DNA from: a bacterium
GTDB lineage: Bacteria; Bacillota_I; Bacilli_A; RF39; UBA660
Direction of reading: 5' to 3'
Length of the DNA: 53,194 bases
Assembly: GCA_963588075.1 (NCBI GenBank)
Contig: CAVAGO010000002.1
Location: 1 to 53,194, forward strand
A program made the position numbers and the translations under genes. A model generated the notes under the pieces. It did not search any database and was not told the DNA's origin. It was given only the letters and a program-made list of their open reading frames with translations. Each line of letters begins with the position of its first letter. The first letter of the stretch is position 1. Below, one piece after another: positions 1-8,442 of the stretch.

Positions 1-628
1 TGAATTCTTTGACATCAGTTTTCGCTTGTTCACGCCATTCCATTACGGCTTCTTCTGCATCGTCGCTGAACCATCCAGCTACTTTTCCTACTAACCAAGA
101 TCCACCTTCAACTATTTTTCCTCCTGTCCAAGTTAAACCATCAACGATTTTTTCGCCGATATCAGCGATACCACTGACTACGGTTGTTCCTATTACTGCC
201 GAAGTTGCTTGTAAACTTATATAAGTGTCTTTTGCCCATGATAAAGCACTTCCAAGTATGGAAGAGACATTGCTTGCTAGATTAGAACAAGCTTCGCTAA
301 TTGATGAACCTAAATCTTTGATACCAGTTATTGCCCAGTTAGCGACGGTTTTAGCGCCGTCTACTATTGCTGCACCGGTATTCTTTAATCCTTCTCCTAC
401 GTCGCTAAAAAAGTCGCCGATAGAATCTAAAATACTTTTACTTTCGGTTGCTACTTGTTCTGTTGCAAATGATAAGTCCATGCTTTCAGTTTGGACATTA
501 CCATTTGAAGTGTTTGTATTTTGATATGTTGATGAACTATTATTTGGAGTACTACCTATTGAACTAGTAGTATTAGTATTTGAACTATTAGTACCAAAAT
601 CTATATTTGTATTTACACTTGTATTCAT
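1..628 (-). CDS. Polymorphic toxin, N-terminal part only (fourth copy; gene continues past the left edge)
   Basis: ATG at 628..626. The DNA is nearly identical to the 5' ends of the toxin genes at 7256-7883 and 15845-16472. Translation starts MNTSVNTN..ESMDLSFATEQVATESK, as in the other copies. Confidence 0.85.
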   Translation of the reverse strand, partial: MNTSVNTNIDFGTNSSNTNTTSSIGSTPNNSSSTYQNTNTSNGNVQTESMDLSFATEQVATESKSILDSIGDFFSDVGEGLKNTGAAIVDGAKTVANWAITGIKDLGSSISEACSNLASNVSSILGSALSWAKDTYISLQATSAVIGTTVVSGIADIGEKIVDGLTWTGGKIVEGGSWLVGKVAGWFSDDAEEAVMEWREQAKTDVKEF

Positions 629-710
629 AGTATCACCGACTTTATCTTCTATATTGATTATAATATAAAAACTCTTTTCTATGAAGTATTATCTGTATGC
701 AAAATGTAAA

Positions 711-736
711 TAAAAAAGAATGTTTTTTCACATTCT
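711..736 (-). terminator. Rho-independent terminator after cca
   Basis: 7-bp stem agaatgt/acattct (717-723 / 730-736), followed by a U-run on the minus-strand RNA (A-run 712-717). Confidence 0.6.
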
Positions 737-2002
737 CTATTTATATTTTCGTTCTATATAACTTAATATTTCATCTTCTGAATTGTTTATTTGACCTTGA
801 ATAATTTGTTTTGTTACATCGTCAAATACAATTCTTAATCTTTTTTTAGCTATTCCTAAACTAGTTATCTTTTCTGCGTTTAATTGAAGATTACTTATTA
901 CTAAGATATATTCATTATATAAACTTTCTAATATCGTTAAATCTTCTAAAACCGGTTCTGCTAATACTGGATTTTGCCCTTTATTGTCTGCTCTTTTTAA
1001 TTCGAATAATAGCTTGGTAAAATCAACTCCGTTTTCTTTAATAAATTGATATATTTTTTCCGGTTTTCTACTTAGAGTCATATCATGTTTTTCAATTAAA
1101 TCTCTTACCATTTTCTTAGTTTTTTTATCCATTTTTAAGCGACTAGATATCTTATCAAAAATAAGTGCGCTAGCTTCTGGATGACCATAAAAATGCCCTT
1201 TTCCATCTTCACCAACAAAAAATTTTTCAGGTTTTCCAATATCATGAAAAAGTGCTGCTAATCTCAAATAAATATTTTTAGGTGTATTTTCTAAAACTAC
1301 TAAAGTATGTTCTAATACATCATAAATATGCCAAGGGTTTTGTTGTTCAAATTGATACATAGTTTTTAATTCTGGTAATATTTCAAAGAATACTTCAATA
1401 TTATCCCTTATGTATTGAGCTGGATTATCTGTTACTAAAAATTGAATTAATTCTCTATAAATTCTTTCAGACGCTACATTATCTAATAAATTTTTGTTTT
1501 TCAACATTTCTTTTTTACAATTTTCGTCTATAGAAAAATTCATTCTAGCAGCAATTCTAATGGCTCTTAGAATTCTTAATGGATCTGTTATAAAAGCTTC
1601 TCCTGTTTGTTTTATCAATGATATTTCTTTATTACTTAATGATTCTATTCCATTAAAAGGATCTATTATCATACCATCCTTGTCCATGGCTATTGCATTT
1701 ATTGTAAAGTCTCTATTACTTAAATCTTCTAATAATGAACTGCCTTTAAATTCTGATATCTCAATTTCTAAGTTATTTAAACGCATTACTCCAGTATTTC
1801 TATTATTATTCGGTTTCATCAGATGAAAATTTGGGTATAAAGATTTTATTTGTGTTAAAGGCATATTTGTGCATATATCAAAATCTTTATTTTCCTTACC
1901 TAATAGAGAATCTCGAACTGCTCCTCCTACTAGATAAGCTTCATAACCATTTTTATTTATTTCTTTTAATATATCTATTATTTTTTCTGATACATTAATC
2001 AT
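737..2002 (-). CDS. cca: CCA-adding tRNA nucleotidyltransferase with HD domain
   Basis: YLVGGAVRDSLLGK..DFDI polymerase-beta motif and LFHDIGKP HD motif. Start trimmed to ATG 2002 (MINVSEK), which is preceded by AGGTGA. Confidence 0.85.
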   Translation of the reverse strand: MINVSEKIIDILKEINKNGYEAYLVGGAVRDSLLGKENKDFDICTNMPLTQIKSLYPNFHLMKPNNNRNTGVMRLNNLEIEISEFKGSSLLEDLSNRDFTINAIAMDKDGMIIDPFNGIESLSNKEISLIKQTGEAFITDPLRILRAIRIAARMNFSIDENCKKEMLKNKNLLDNVASERIYRELIQFLVTDNPAQYIRDNIEVFFEILPELKTMYQFEQQNPWHIYDVLEHTLVVLENTPKNIYLRLAALFHDIGKPEKFFVGEDGKGHFYGHPEASALIFDKISSRLKMDKKTKKMVRDLIEKHDMTLSRKPEKIYQFIKENGVDFTKLLFELKRADNKGQNPVLAEPVLEDLTILESLYNEYILVISNLQLNAEKITSLGIAKKRLRIVFDDVTKQIIQGQINNSEDEILSYIERKYK

Positions 2003-2186
2003 AGAATCACCTATTTTTATTATATTATAAATCATATTTTACTTAAACCTTATTTACTATTACTTAACAACAAAAAACTTAATAATTAATCATTGTTTAT
2101 AAAATATGTTACTATAGAAAATACACAAATAAAAATTGTAATATCTTACTATTTTAGTGTGATATAATTTTAATGAAGGTGATATT

Positions 2187-3521
2187 ATGTTAAAAAATAA
2201 AAAAGTCTTTATACTAGGAATGGCTAGAAGCGGATTTGAAGCTGCTAAAATATTAGCTCCTGATAATACAGTACTAGTTACTGATATGAATGAACAGAAT
2301 CCTGAACAAGTAAAAATCCTTGAAGACTTAGGTGTAAAAATAGAAATAGTAAAAGATCCGATAGATTTACTTGATGATACTTATGATGTAATGGTTAAAA
2401 ATCCTGGTATTAAGTATGATCATCCTACTGTAGTTAAAGCTAAAGAGTTAGGAATAAAAGTAATAAATGAAGTTGAACTTGCTTATGGTTATATGAATAA
2501 AGATGTAAATATAATTGGTGTTACTGGATCTAATGGTAAGACTACTACTGTTACACTTATTTACAATATAATGAAAGAAGCTGGATTACCTGTATATCTT
2601 GGTGGTAATATTGGGACTCCATTATGTAACTTTGTTAAAGATATAAAAGAAAATGAATACTTAGTTATGGAGATATCTGATCATCAATTATGTGATATGT
2701 ATGATTTTAAAACTAATGTAAGTGTTTTAACTAATATATATGAAGTACATACTGATTTTCATGATTCACATGAGAAATATGTAAGAACTAAGAAGAAGAT
2801 ATTTAATAATCATACTAAAGAAGATATAGCTATTATAAATTATGATAATAAGGAAGCTGTTGATAATACTGAAGATATCAACAGTACTAAATATTACTTT
2901 TCTAAAGAAAGTAAACAGAATGTTTATTTAGATAATAATGCTATCTATTATATGGATGAAAAAGTTATTGATTGTAGTGAAATCAAATTAAAAGGTTTAC
3001 ATAATTATGAAAATATAATGGCAGTAATAAGTGCTGTTAAAGTATATGGTGTAGATAATGAAAGTATTTGTAAAGTACTTAGAACTTTTGGCGGTGTTGA
3101 ACATAGAATTGAATATGTTACTACTATAGATGGTGTTGACTATTATAATGATAGTAAAGCTACTAATTGTGAATCTACTAAGATTGCATTAAAATCATTT
3201 AATCAACCTACTTTATTAATATTAGGTGGTTTAGATAGAGGACATTCTTTTGATGATTTAACTCCTTGTATGGAAAATGTTACTTATGTAGCTTGTTACG
3301 GGGAGACTAAAGCAAGAATTAAAGAATATTGTGATAGAATTGGTAAAGATTGTGGAGTATTTGATAACTTAGTGAATGCTACTACTGCTTGTTATGAAAA
3401 AGCTGGTAAAGGTGATGTTGTCTTATTAAGTCCTGCTTGTGCTAGTTGGGATCAATATAAAGCTTTTGAAGACCGTGGTAATGAGTTTAAAGCTACTGTA
3501 AATAGTTTTAAGGGGGAATAA
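2187..3521 (+). CDS. murD: UDP-N-acetylmuramoylalanine--D-glutamate ligase
   Basis: GVTGSNGKTTT P-loop, GGNIGTP, GVEHRIEYV and DSKATN motifs. Confidence 0.9.
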   Translation: MLKNKKVFILGMARSGFEAAKILAPDNTVLVTDMNEQNPEQVKILEDLGVKIEIVKDPIDLLDDTYDVMVKNPGIKYDHPTVVKAKELGIKVINEVELAYGYMNKDVNIIGVTGSNGKTTTVTLIYNIMKEAGLPVYLGGNIGTPLCNFVKDIKENEYLVMEISDHQLCDMYDFKTNVSVLTNIYEVHTDFHDSHEKYVRTKKKIFNNHTKEDIAIINYDNKEAVDNTEDINSTKYYFSKESKQNVYLDNNAIYYMDEKVIDCSEIKLKGLHNYENIMAVISAVKVYGVDNESICKVLRTFGGVEHRIEYVTTIDGVDYYNDSKATNCESTKIALKSFNQPTLLILGGLDRGHSFDDLTPCMENVTYVACYGETKARIKEYCDRIGKDCGVFDNLVNATTACYEKAGKGDVVLLSPACASWDQYKAFEDRGNEFKATVNSFKGE

Positions 3522-3523
3522 TA

Positions 3524-4906
3524 ATGGCAATTAATATAAAAGATTATAAACGTATATATATGGTTGGTATTGGTGGTATCAGTATGAGTGGTATTGCTTT
3601 AATACTAAAGAGATGGAATTATGAAGTAAGTGGTAGTGATGGAGTATCTTCACATCAAACAGAATGGCTTATTAATAATGGAATACATGTTAATATTGGT
3701 CAAGTTAGGGAGAATATTACTGAAGATATAGATTTAGTTGTTTATACTGCTGCTGTTAAATTAGATAATCCTGAATTAGTTAGAGCTACTGAATTAGGAA
3801 TTCCTATTATAGAACGTGGAGAATTCTTAGGAGAGATTACTAAGTTGTTTAAAGATACTATTGGTGTTGCTGGGACTCATGGTAAGACTAGTACAACAAG
3901 TATGGTAACTTGTTCATTTATTGAAGCTGGTTTAGATCCTTCTATCCAAGTTGGAGCTAATTTGAAAGTATTAGATAATACTAATTATAGAGTTGGTGAT
4001 AGTGATTACTTTATAATAGAAGCTTGTGAATATTGTGAGAGTTATTTAAACTTTGTACAAAGAAGCGCTATTGTACTTAATATTGATAATGATCATTTAG
4101 ATTATTTTGGAAATATAGACAATATTAAAAAAAGTTTTGAAAAGTATGTTTCATTACTTCCTGAAGATGGATATCTTGTTTTAAATAGAGATGATGAAAG
4201 ATGCTATGATTTAAGGAATAGTACTAAAGCTCATGTTATTACTGTAGGTAGTACTGAGGAAGCTGATTGGACTTATAAGAATGTTACATTTGATGATGAC
4301 GGATATCCAACATATGATGTGTATAAGTTAAACGAATTTATGGGAAGTATTACATTAAAAGTAGCAGGAATGCACAATGTATTTAATAGTTTATGTTGTG
4401 TTGCTTTGTGTGATGCTTATGGTATAGGTGTTGAAACTGTTGCTAAAGCTTTAATTAAGTTTGATGGTGCTTCTAGAAGATTAGAATATAAATGTATGTT
4501 AAATGGTGCTAAAGTATATGATGATTATGGACATCATCCTACTGAGATAATGGCTACTGTAAAAGGTATAAAAAATAAGAAGTATAATGAATCTTGGGTA
4601 GTGTTTGAAGCACATACTTATAGTAGATTAAAAGAACATTTACATAACTTTGCTCTGGCATTAGAAAACTTCGGCCATATAATAGTTATCGATATATATG
4701 CAGCTAGAGAAGTTAATACATTCAATATAAGTGAACAAGATTTAATAGATGAACTAGCTAAATTAGGTAAAGAAGCTATTCATATAAGCAATCATGATGA
4801 AGTTATTAAGTACTTACAAAATAATGTTAAAGAAGGCGATGTTGTTTTAACACTTGGTGCTGGTAATGTTACAAAGATAGCTAATAAATTAAAAGATTTA
4901 CAATAA
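3524..4906 (+). CDS. murC: UDP-N-acetylmuramate--L-alanine ligase
   Basis: GIGGISMSG, GVAGTHGKTSTTSM, DNDHLDYF, GASRRLEY and DDYGHHPTEI motifs. Confidence 0.9.
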   Translation: MAINIKDYKRIYMVGIGGISMSGIALILKRWNYEVSGSDGVSSHQTEWLINNGIHVNIGQVRENITEDIDLVVYTAAVKLDNPELVRATELGIPIIERGEFLGEITKLFKDTIGVAGTHGKTSTTSMVTCSFIEAGLDPSIQVGANLKVLDNTNYRVGDSDYFIIEACEYCESYLNFVQRSAIVLNIDNDHLDYFGNIDNIKKSFEKYVSLLPEDGYLVLNRDDERCYDLRNSTKAHVITVGSTEEADWTYKNVTFDDDGYPTYDVYKLNEFMGSITLKVAGMHNVFNSLCCVALCDAYGIGVETVAKALIKFDGASRRLEYKCMLNGAKVYDDYGHHPTEIMATVKGIKNKKYNESWVVFEAHTYSRLKEHLHNFALALENFGHIIVIDIYAAREVNTFNISEQDLIDELAKLGKEAIHISNHDEVIKYLQNNVKEGDVVLTLGAGNVTKIANKLKDLQ

Positions 4907-4908
4907 AA

Positions 4909-4943
4909 AAAGAGGAATATAGATAAGTCTATAAATCCTCTTT
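4909..4943. terminator. Bidirectional hairpin terminator between murC and the toxin-A immunity gene
   Basis: aaagagga(a)tataga ... tctata(aa)tcctcttt inverted repeat, flanked by A/T runs on both sides. Confidence 0.6.
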
Positions 4944-5443
4944 TATTTTGTTCTTGGTTTTTCGAAATTCTCTGATAATTTAAAATCTGCAATTATTTTA
5001 TAATTAATATCTGATTCTTTCTTTTCATATACTTTTTGAACTATTGATTTTAGCTTTTCTTGTTCTTCTGGAGTTAATCTTTCATCTAGTGATAAATTTA
5101 TCAAATTATTAAATGCTACAGCGCTTTCAAAAGCAGCTGTTGTTAGTTCTTTTAAGTATGAAGATGACCTTGTTTTTAGGAAAAGATTCTTTAGAGCTTC
5201 CATCTTATCAGATGGTGATAATGAATCTAAAACTTCTGGAGTCATAAGATCTTCAACTTTAATAATACGAAAATATGGGATAAATCTAAAATATTGTTGA
5301 CAGCCCTTTTGGCAGTACATAGCTATTTCAAATTCACTAGCAAGTTTTTCTTCGTAAGATAGATTATCTAACAATTCTGGCGAAAATGTACTATCTTGTT
5401 TTTTATCATTTAAATAATGTTTTATTGTTTCATAATTTTCCAT
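4943..5443 (-). CDS. Hypothetical protein; candidate immunity protein for toxin A
   Basis: Lies 16 nt downstream of toxin A on the same strand. No recognisable domain and no signal peptide. Confidence 0.45.
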   Translation of the reverse strand: MENYETIKHYLNDKKQDSTFSPELLDNLSYEEKLASEFEIAMYCQKGCQQYFRFIPYFRIIKVEDLMTPEVLDSLSPSDKMEALKNLFLKTRSSSYLKELTTAAFESAVAFNNLINLSLDERLTPEEQEKLKSIVQKVYEKKESDINYKIIADFKLSENFEKPRTK

Positions 5444-5459
5444 ATATAATCATCTCCTT

Positions 5460-7883
5460 TTAATTATTTGAATAAAGCGATGTAAACATTTCAAAAATCA
5501 ATTCTGACAGAACTTCTTTAGATGCTCCTGATGATAAACCTTCTTGGTATATCGTTCTCAATCCACTAATATCAACTACCTTAGATGAAACTTCTATTAA
5601 ATCACTGAAATCTGCAACAGTAACTACTTCAAGTTTGTTAATCGTTCCATATTCCAAAAGAGTTGGTAATTCTGACTTTTTAAACAATTCTCCGAAACCA
5701 TTACCATCCGATGTAGAAGGTAAAATATATTTTAATTGATCTATTGGATTACCTGAACTATCTACTAATTGAGAACATGATTTTGCATACATCTCAGAAA
5801 GTTTTCCCCATAATTCTTCAGCATGTGGGATTACAGAAGAGCTTTCATTCCAATTAGTGAATACGATGTCTTCAAAACAGTATAGACTTTCACCAATTGT
5901 TGTATTCTCGATTGTTGTGTATAACTCATTTAATAATTTAGTATCTACTTTGCTCCATAAAACTGCTTCTTTAGATAATGCACCTTGAGCTACTTTTTGA
6001 TCAACATATGGTGTTAGTATCTCTATAAATCTATCCCAATCCCTAGTAGCTGAATATCCATTTTCTACAAAGTCACTTCCTAATAAACAATCAGATAACT
6101 CTTTGATTAAACTTTCATCTGTTATACCAAGAGTTCCTCCTATTGAATCTTTTACCTCTTGTAACGATGTTTCTTTTATTATTCTTCTTAAGTCTTGGCT
6201 TGAAGAAATAATTTCACCCATGATTTGAGTTCTTAATGTTTTAGGAATTTCTGCTCCTGATACTTCAAACAAATCATAATATAGTGAGATAGAGTCACCA
6301 TTTTTACTTACTTGTTCTCTAATATATTTATTAATTGCTTCACTTACTTCGGTTGTATCAAATAATATTTCTTCTGTATTTTTTAAGTTAGAAGTTGATA
6401 ATGTGTTGTTTAGGTAAGATGATATGTCATCTATACTGTGAAATTCAGGTACATCAGTTATTTTGATTATATTTTTTGGCTTAGGTAAGTTACTGTCGAT
6501 TGGTGGTACCATTTCTTCTATATCATCTGCTTGTTTTAATGCATCACCAACATCATCTGCTTCTTTTCCTAGATTTCCCAAGTATTCTCCTGCTCCATCG
6601 AAGAACATATTTAATAACCATGCAGATAATAATTCACCACCTGCTGAGGTAGCTGTTTGAATATTAAAATCTTCGTCACCTACTAACCAATCTCCTACGT
6701 TGTCGCCAATAATACCTAAACTATCTAGTAAGTTGTCTTTGGCTTTTAAACTAGCTAAGTTAGAATTTTTTAATATTCCTGCTATTGTATTTTTTAATCC
6801 ATTTGATTTGATATTACTAAATGTAGATTTAATTCCTGTCCATACAAGAGCGCCGGTATTTTTTAGACCATTACCTTTTATGATATTGTATAAACCTACT
6901 CCACCTTTTCCTAACTGACCTTGTGCGTACCAGTTAGCAGCTTCACCTAGTCCACTAACAAAGATTCCTAGTTCTTGAGCTCCTGTTGTATCCATGTTTT
7001 CTTGATACATCTTTTCTGCTTGTTCACCTGTTCCATATGAAAAACCTAATAGTAAGGGAACTGCTACTGCTGCGCCACCAGGTAAACATGAAGCGGCTGT
7101 TGCTAAAACTAATTTACCGACCATTTCAGTAGCTCCTCTTAGTTTTTGCATGGCTTCACTATCATATTTTAGGTATGAGTTTTCGTTTATGTAACGACCT
7201 AGAGCTGTTTCTTGGTAGAACCAGTCGTTGGCTTCTCCTACCCAATCGGTTGCGATGAATTCTTTGACATCAGTTTTCGCTTGTTCACGCCATTCCATTA
7301 CGGCTTCTTCGGCATCGTCGCTGAACCATCCAGCTACTTTTCCTACTAACCATGAACCACCTTCAACTAGTTTTCCACCACACCAAGTTAAACCGTCGAC
7401 GATACCTTCGCCGATATCAGCGATACCACTGACTACGGTTGTTCCTATTACTGCTGAGGTTGCTTGTAAGCTTATGTAAGTGTCTTTTGCCCATGATAAA
7501 GCACTTCCAAGTATGGAAGAGACATTGCTTGCTAGATTAGAACAAGCTTCGCTAATTGATGAACCTAAATCTTTGATACCAGTTATTGCCCAGTTAGCGA
7601 CGGTTTTAGCGCCGTCTACTATTGCTGCACCGGTATTCTTTAATCCTTCTCCTACGTCGCTAAAAAAGTCGCCGATTGAATCAAGAATACTTTTGCTTTC
7701 TGTTGCTACTTGTTCTGTTGCAAATGATAAGTCCATACTTTCAGTTTGGACATTACCATTTGAGTTATAAGTGTTTTGATATGTAGGTGAACTATTATTT
7801 GGAGTACTATTTATTGAACTAGTAGTATTAGTATTGGAACTATTGGTACCAAAATCTACATTTGTATTTACACTTGTATTCAT
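5460..7883 (-). CDS. Polymorphic toxin A: shared N-terminal domain plus CD38/ADP-ribosyl-cyclase-like C-terminal domain (putative NADase)
   Basis: Residues 1-~435 are shared with toxins B and C. The C-terminus has AVLWSKV (W643), TIGES (E665), LWGKLSEMYAKS (W692, S696) and FKKSELP (E738). These parallel the CD38 motifs LLWSRI, TLEDT, FWKTVSRRFAEA and FGSVEV. Confidence 0.6.
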   Translation of the reverse strand: MNTSVNTNVDFGTNSSNTNTTSSINSTPNNSSPTYQNTYNSNGNVQTESMDLSFATEQVATESKSILDSIGDFFSDVGEGLKNTGAAIVDGAKTVANWAITGIKDLGSSISEACSNLASNVSSILGSALSWAKDTYISLQATSAVIGTTVVSGIADIGEGIVDGLTWCGGKLVEGGSWLVGKVAGWFSDDAEEAVMEWREQAKTDVKEFIATDWVGEANDWFYQETALGRYINENSYLKYDSEAMQKLRGATEMVGKLVLATAASCLPGGAAVAVPLLLGFSYGTGEQAEKMYQENMDTTGAQELGIFVSGLGEAANWYAQGQLGKGGVGLYNIIKGNGLKNTGALVWTGIKSTFSNIKSNGLKNTIAGILKNSNLASLKAKDNLLDSLGIIGDNVGDWLVGDEDFNIQTATSAGGELLSAWLLNMFFDGAGEYLGNLGKEADDVGDALKQADDIEEMVPPIDSNLPKPKNIIKITDVPEFHSIDDISSYLNNTLSTSNLKNTEEILFDTTEVSEAINKYIREQVSKNGDSISLYYDLFEVSGAEIPKTLRTQIMGEIISSSQDLRRIIKETSLQEVKDSIGGTLGITDESLIKELSDCLLGSDFVENGYSATRDWDRFIEILTPYVDQKVAQGALSKEAVLWSKVDTKLLNELYTTIENTTIGESLYCFEDIVFTNWNESSSVIPHAEELWGKLSEMYAKSCSQLVDSSGNPIDQLKYILPSTSDGNGFGELFKKSELPTLLEYGTINKLEVVTVADFSDLIEVSSKVVDISGLRTIYQEGLSSGASKEVLSELIFEMFTSLYSNN
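7100..7883. repeat. Near-identical DNA repeat (toxin 5' region), copy in toxin A
   Basis: By-eye alignment: 7100-7883 matches 15690-16472 with only scattered mismatches, and 7256-7883 matches 1-628. Confidence 0.85.
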
Positions 7884-7966
7884 AGTTCACCTCTATTCTA
7901 CTTATATTTTTATTATAATATATTGGTTGTTTATAAATAAATGGTTTTATGGGTAGTTAACAGTAA

Positions 7967-7993
7967 AAAAGAGAAATTTAATATTTCTCTTTT
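7967..7993 (-). terminator. Rho-independent terminator after the toxin-B immunity gene
   Basis: Perfect 11-bp stem aaaagagaaat/atttctctttt (7967-7977 / 7983-7993) with a 5-nt loop. Confidence 0.65.
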
Positions 7994-8399
7994 ATAATTT
8001 AATACCTGGTTTTTCATCATTTTTAGCTTTTTCTACGAAGTAATCTTGAAAATCGGGTATTTCTTTAAATGTAAGTGTATTATCAAAATATAAGCCTAAT
8101 AATGATGGTTCTAGGTACCATACGAATTCTTTAGTATCTAGTCTATAAAATTCTAATTCATTACTTAAGTATTTAAAGATAGTTCCATCTTCCATTAAAT
8201 AATACTTAGTATTAGGATTGTTTCTTAATTCAAGTTGTTCTCCTGATGATCTTTTTGCTTGGATATATTGTTGAACTGAAGATAAAGTTTGTTCTACTTT
8301 TTTAGCAAAGTATTCTTTTACCTCTTCTTGAGATTTAAAATATTCAAGTTGAGCTGGTGTATATTCTTTATTTGAGTATTTTGAATTATTATTTGTCAT
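7992..8399 (-). CDS. Candidate immunity protein for the RelA/SpoT-like warhead of toxin B (paralogue of 12125-12622)
   Basis: Immediately downstream of toxin B. Its C-terminal block YRLDTKEFVWYLEPSLL..FKEIPDF aligns with YKFDAVKKVWIESPSLF..GEFIDF in the 165-aa protein. Confidence 0.5.
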   Translation of the reverse strand: MTNNNSKYSNKEYTPAQLEYFKSQEEVKEYFAKKVEQTLSSVQQYIQAKRSSGEQLELRNNPNTKYYLMEDGTIFKYLSNELEFYRLDTKEFVWYLEPSLLGLYFDNTLTFKEIPDFQDYFVEKAKNDEKPGIKL

Positions 8400-8442
8400 C
8401 TGAGTTCCTCCTCATTAGTTTTTTATTATATCATTTTTATTT

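Noticed and set aside
9-524. Plus-strand ORFs of 71 aa and 99 aa. The same pattern recurs at 7228-7770, 10007-10516, 14965-15573 and 15581-16359.
   Set aside because: They lie antisense to the much longer, internally consistent toxin genes. They have no RBS context and repeat only because the toxin DNA repeats. They are shadow ORFs.
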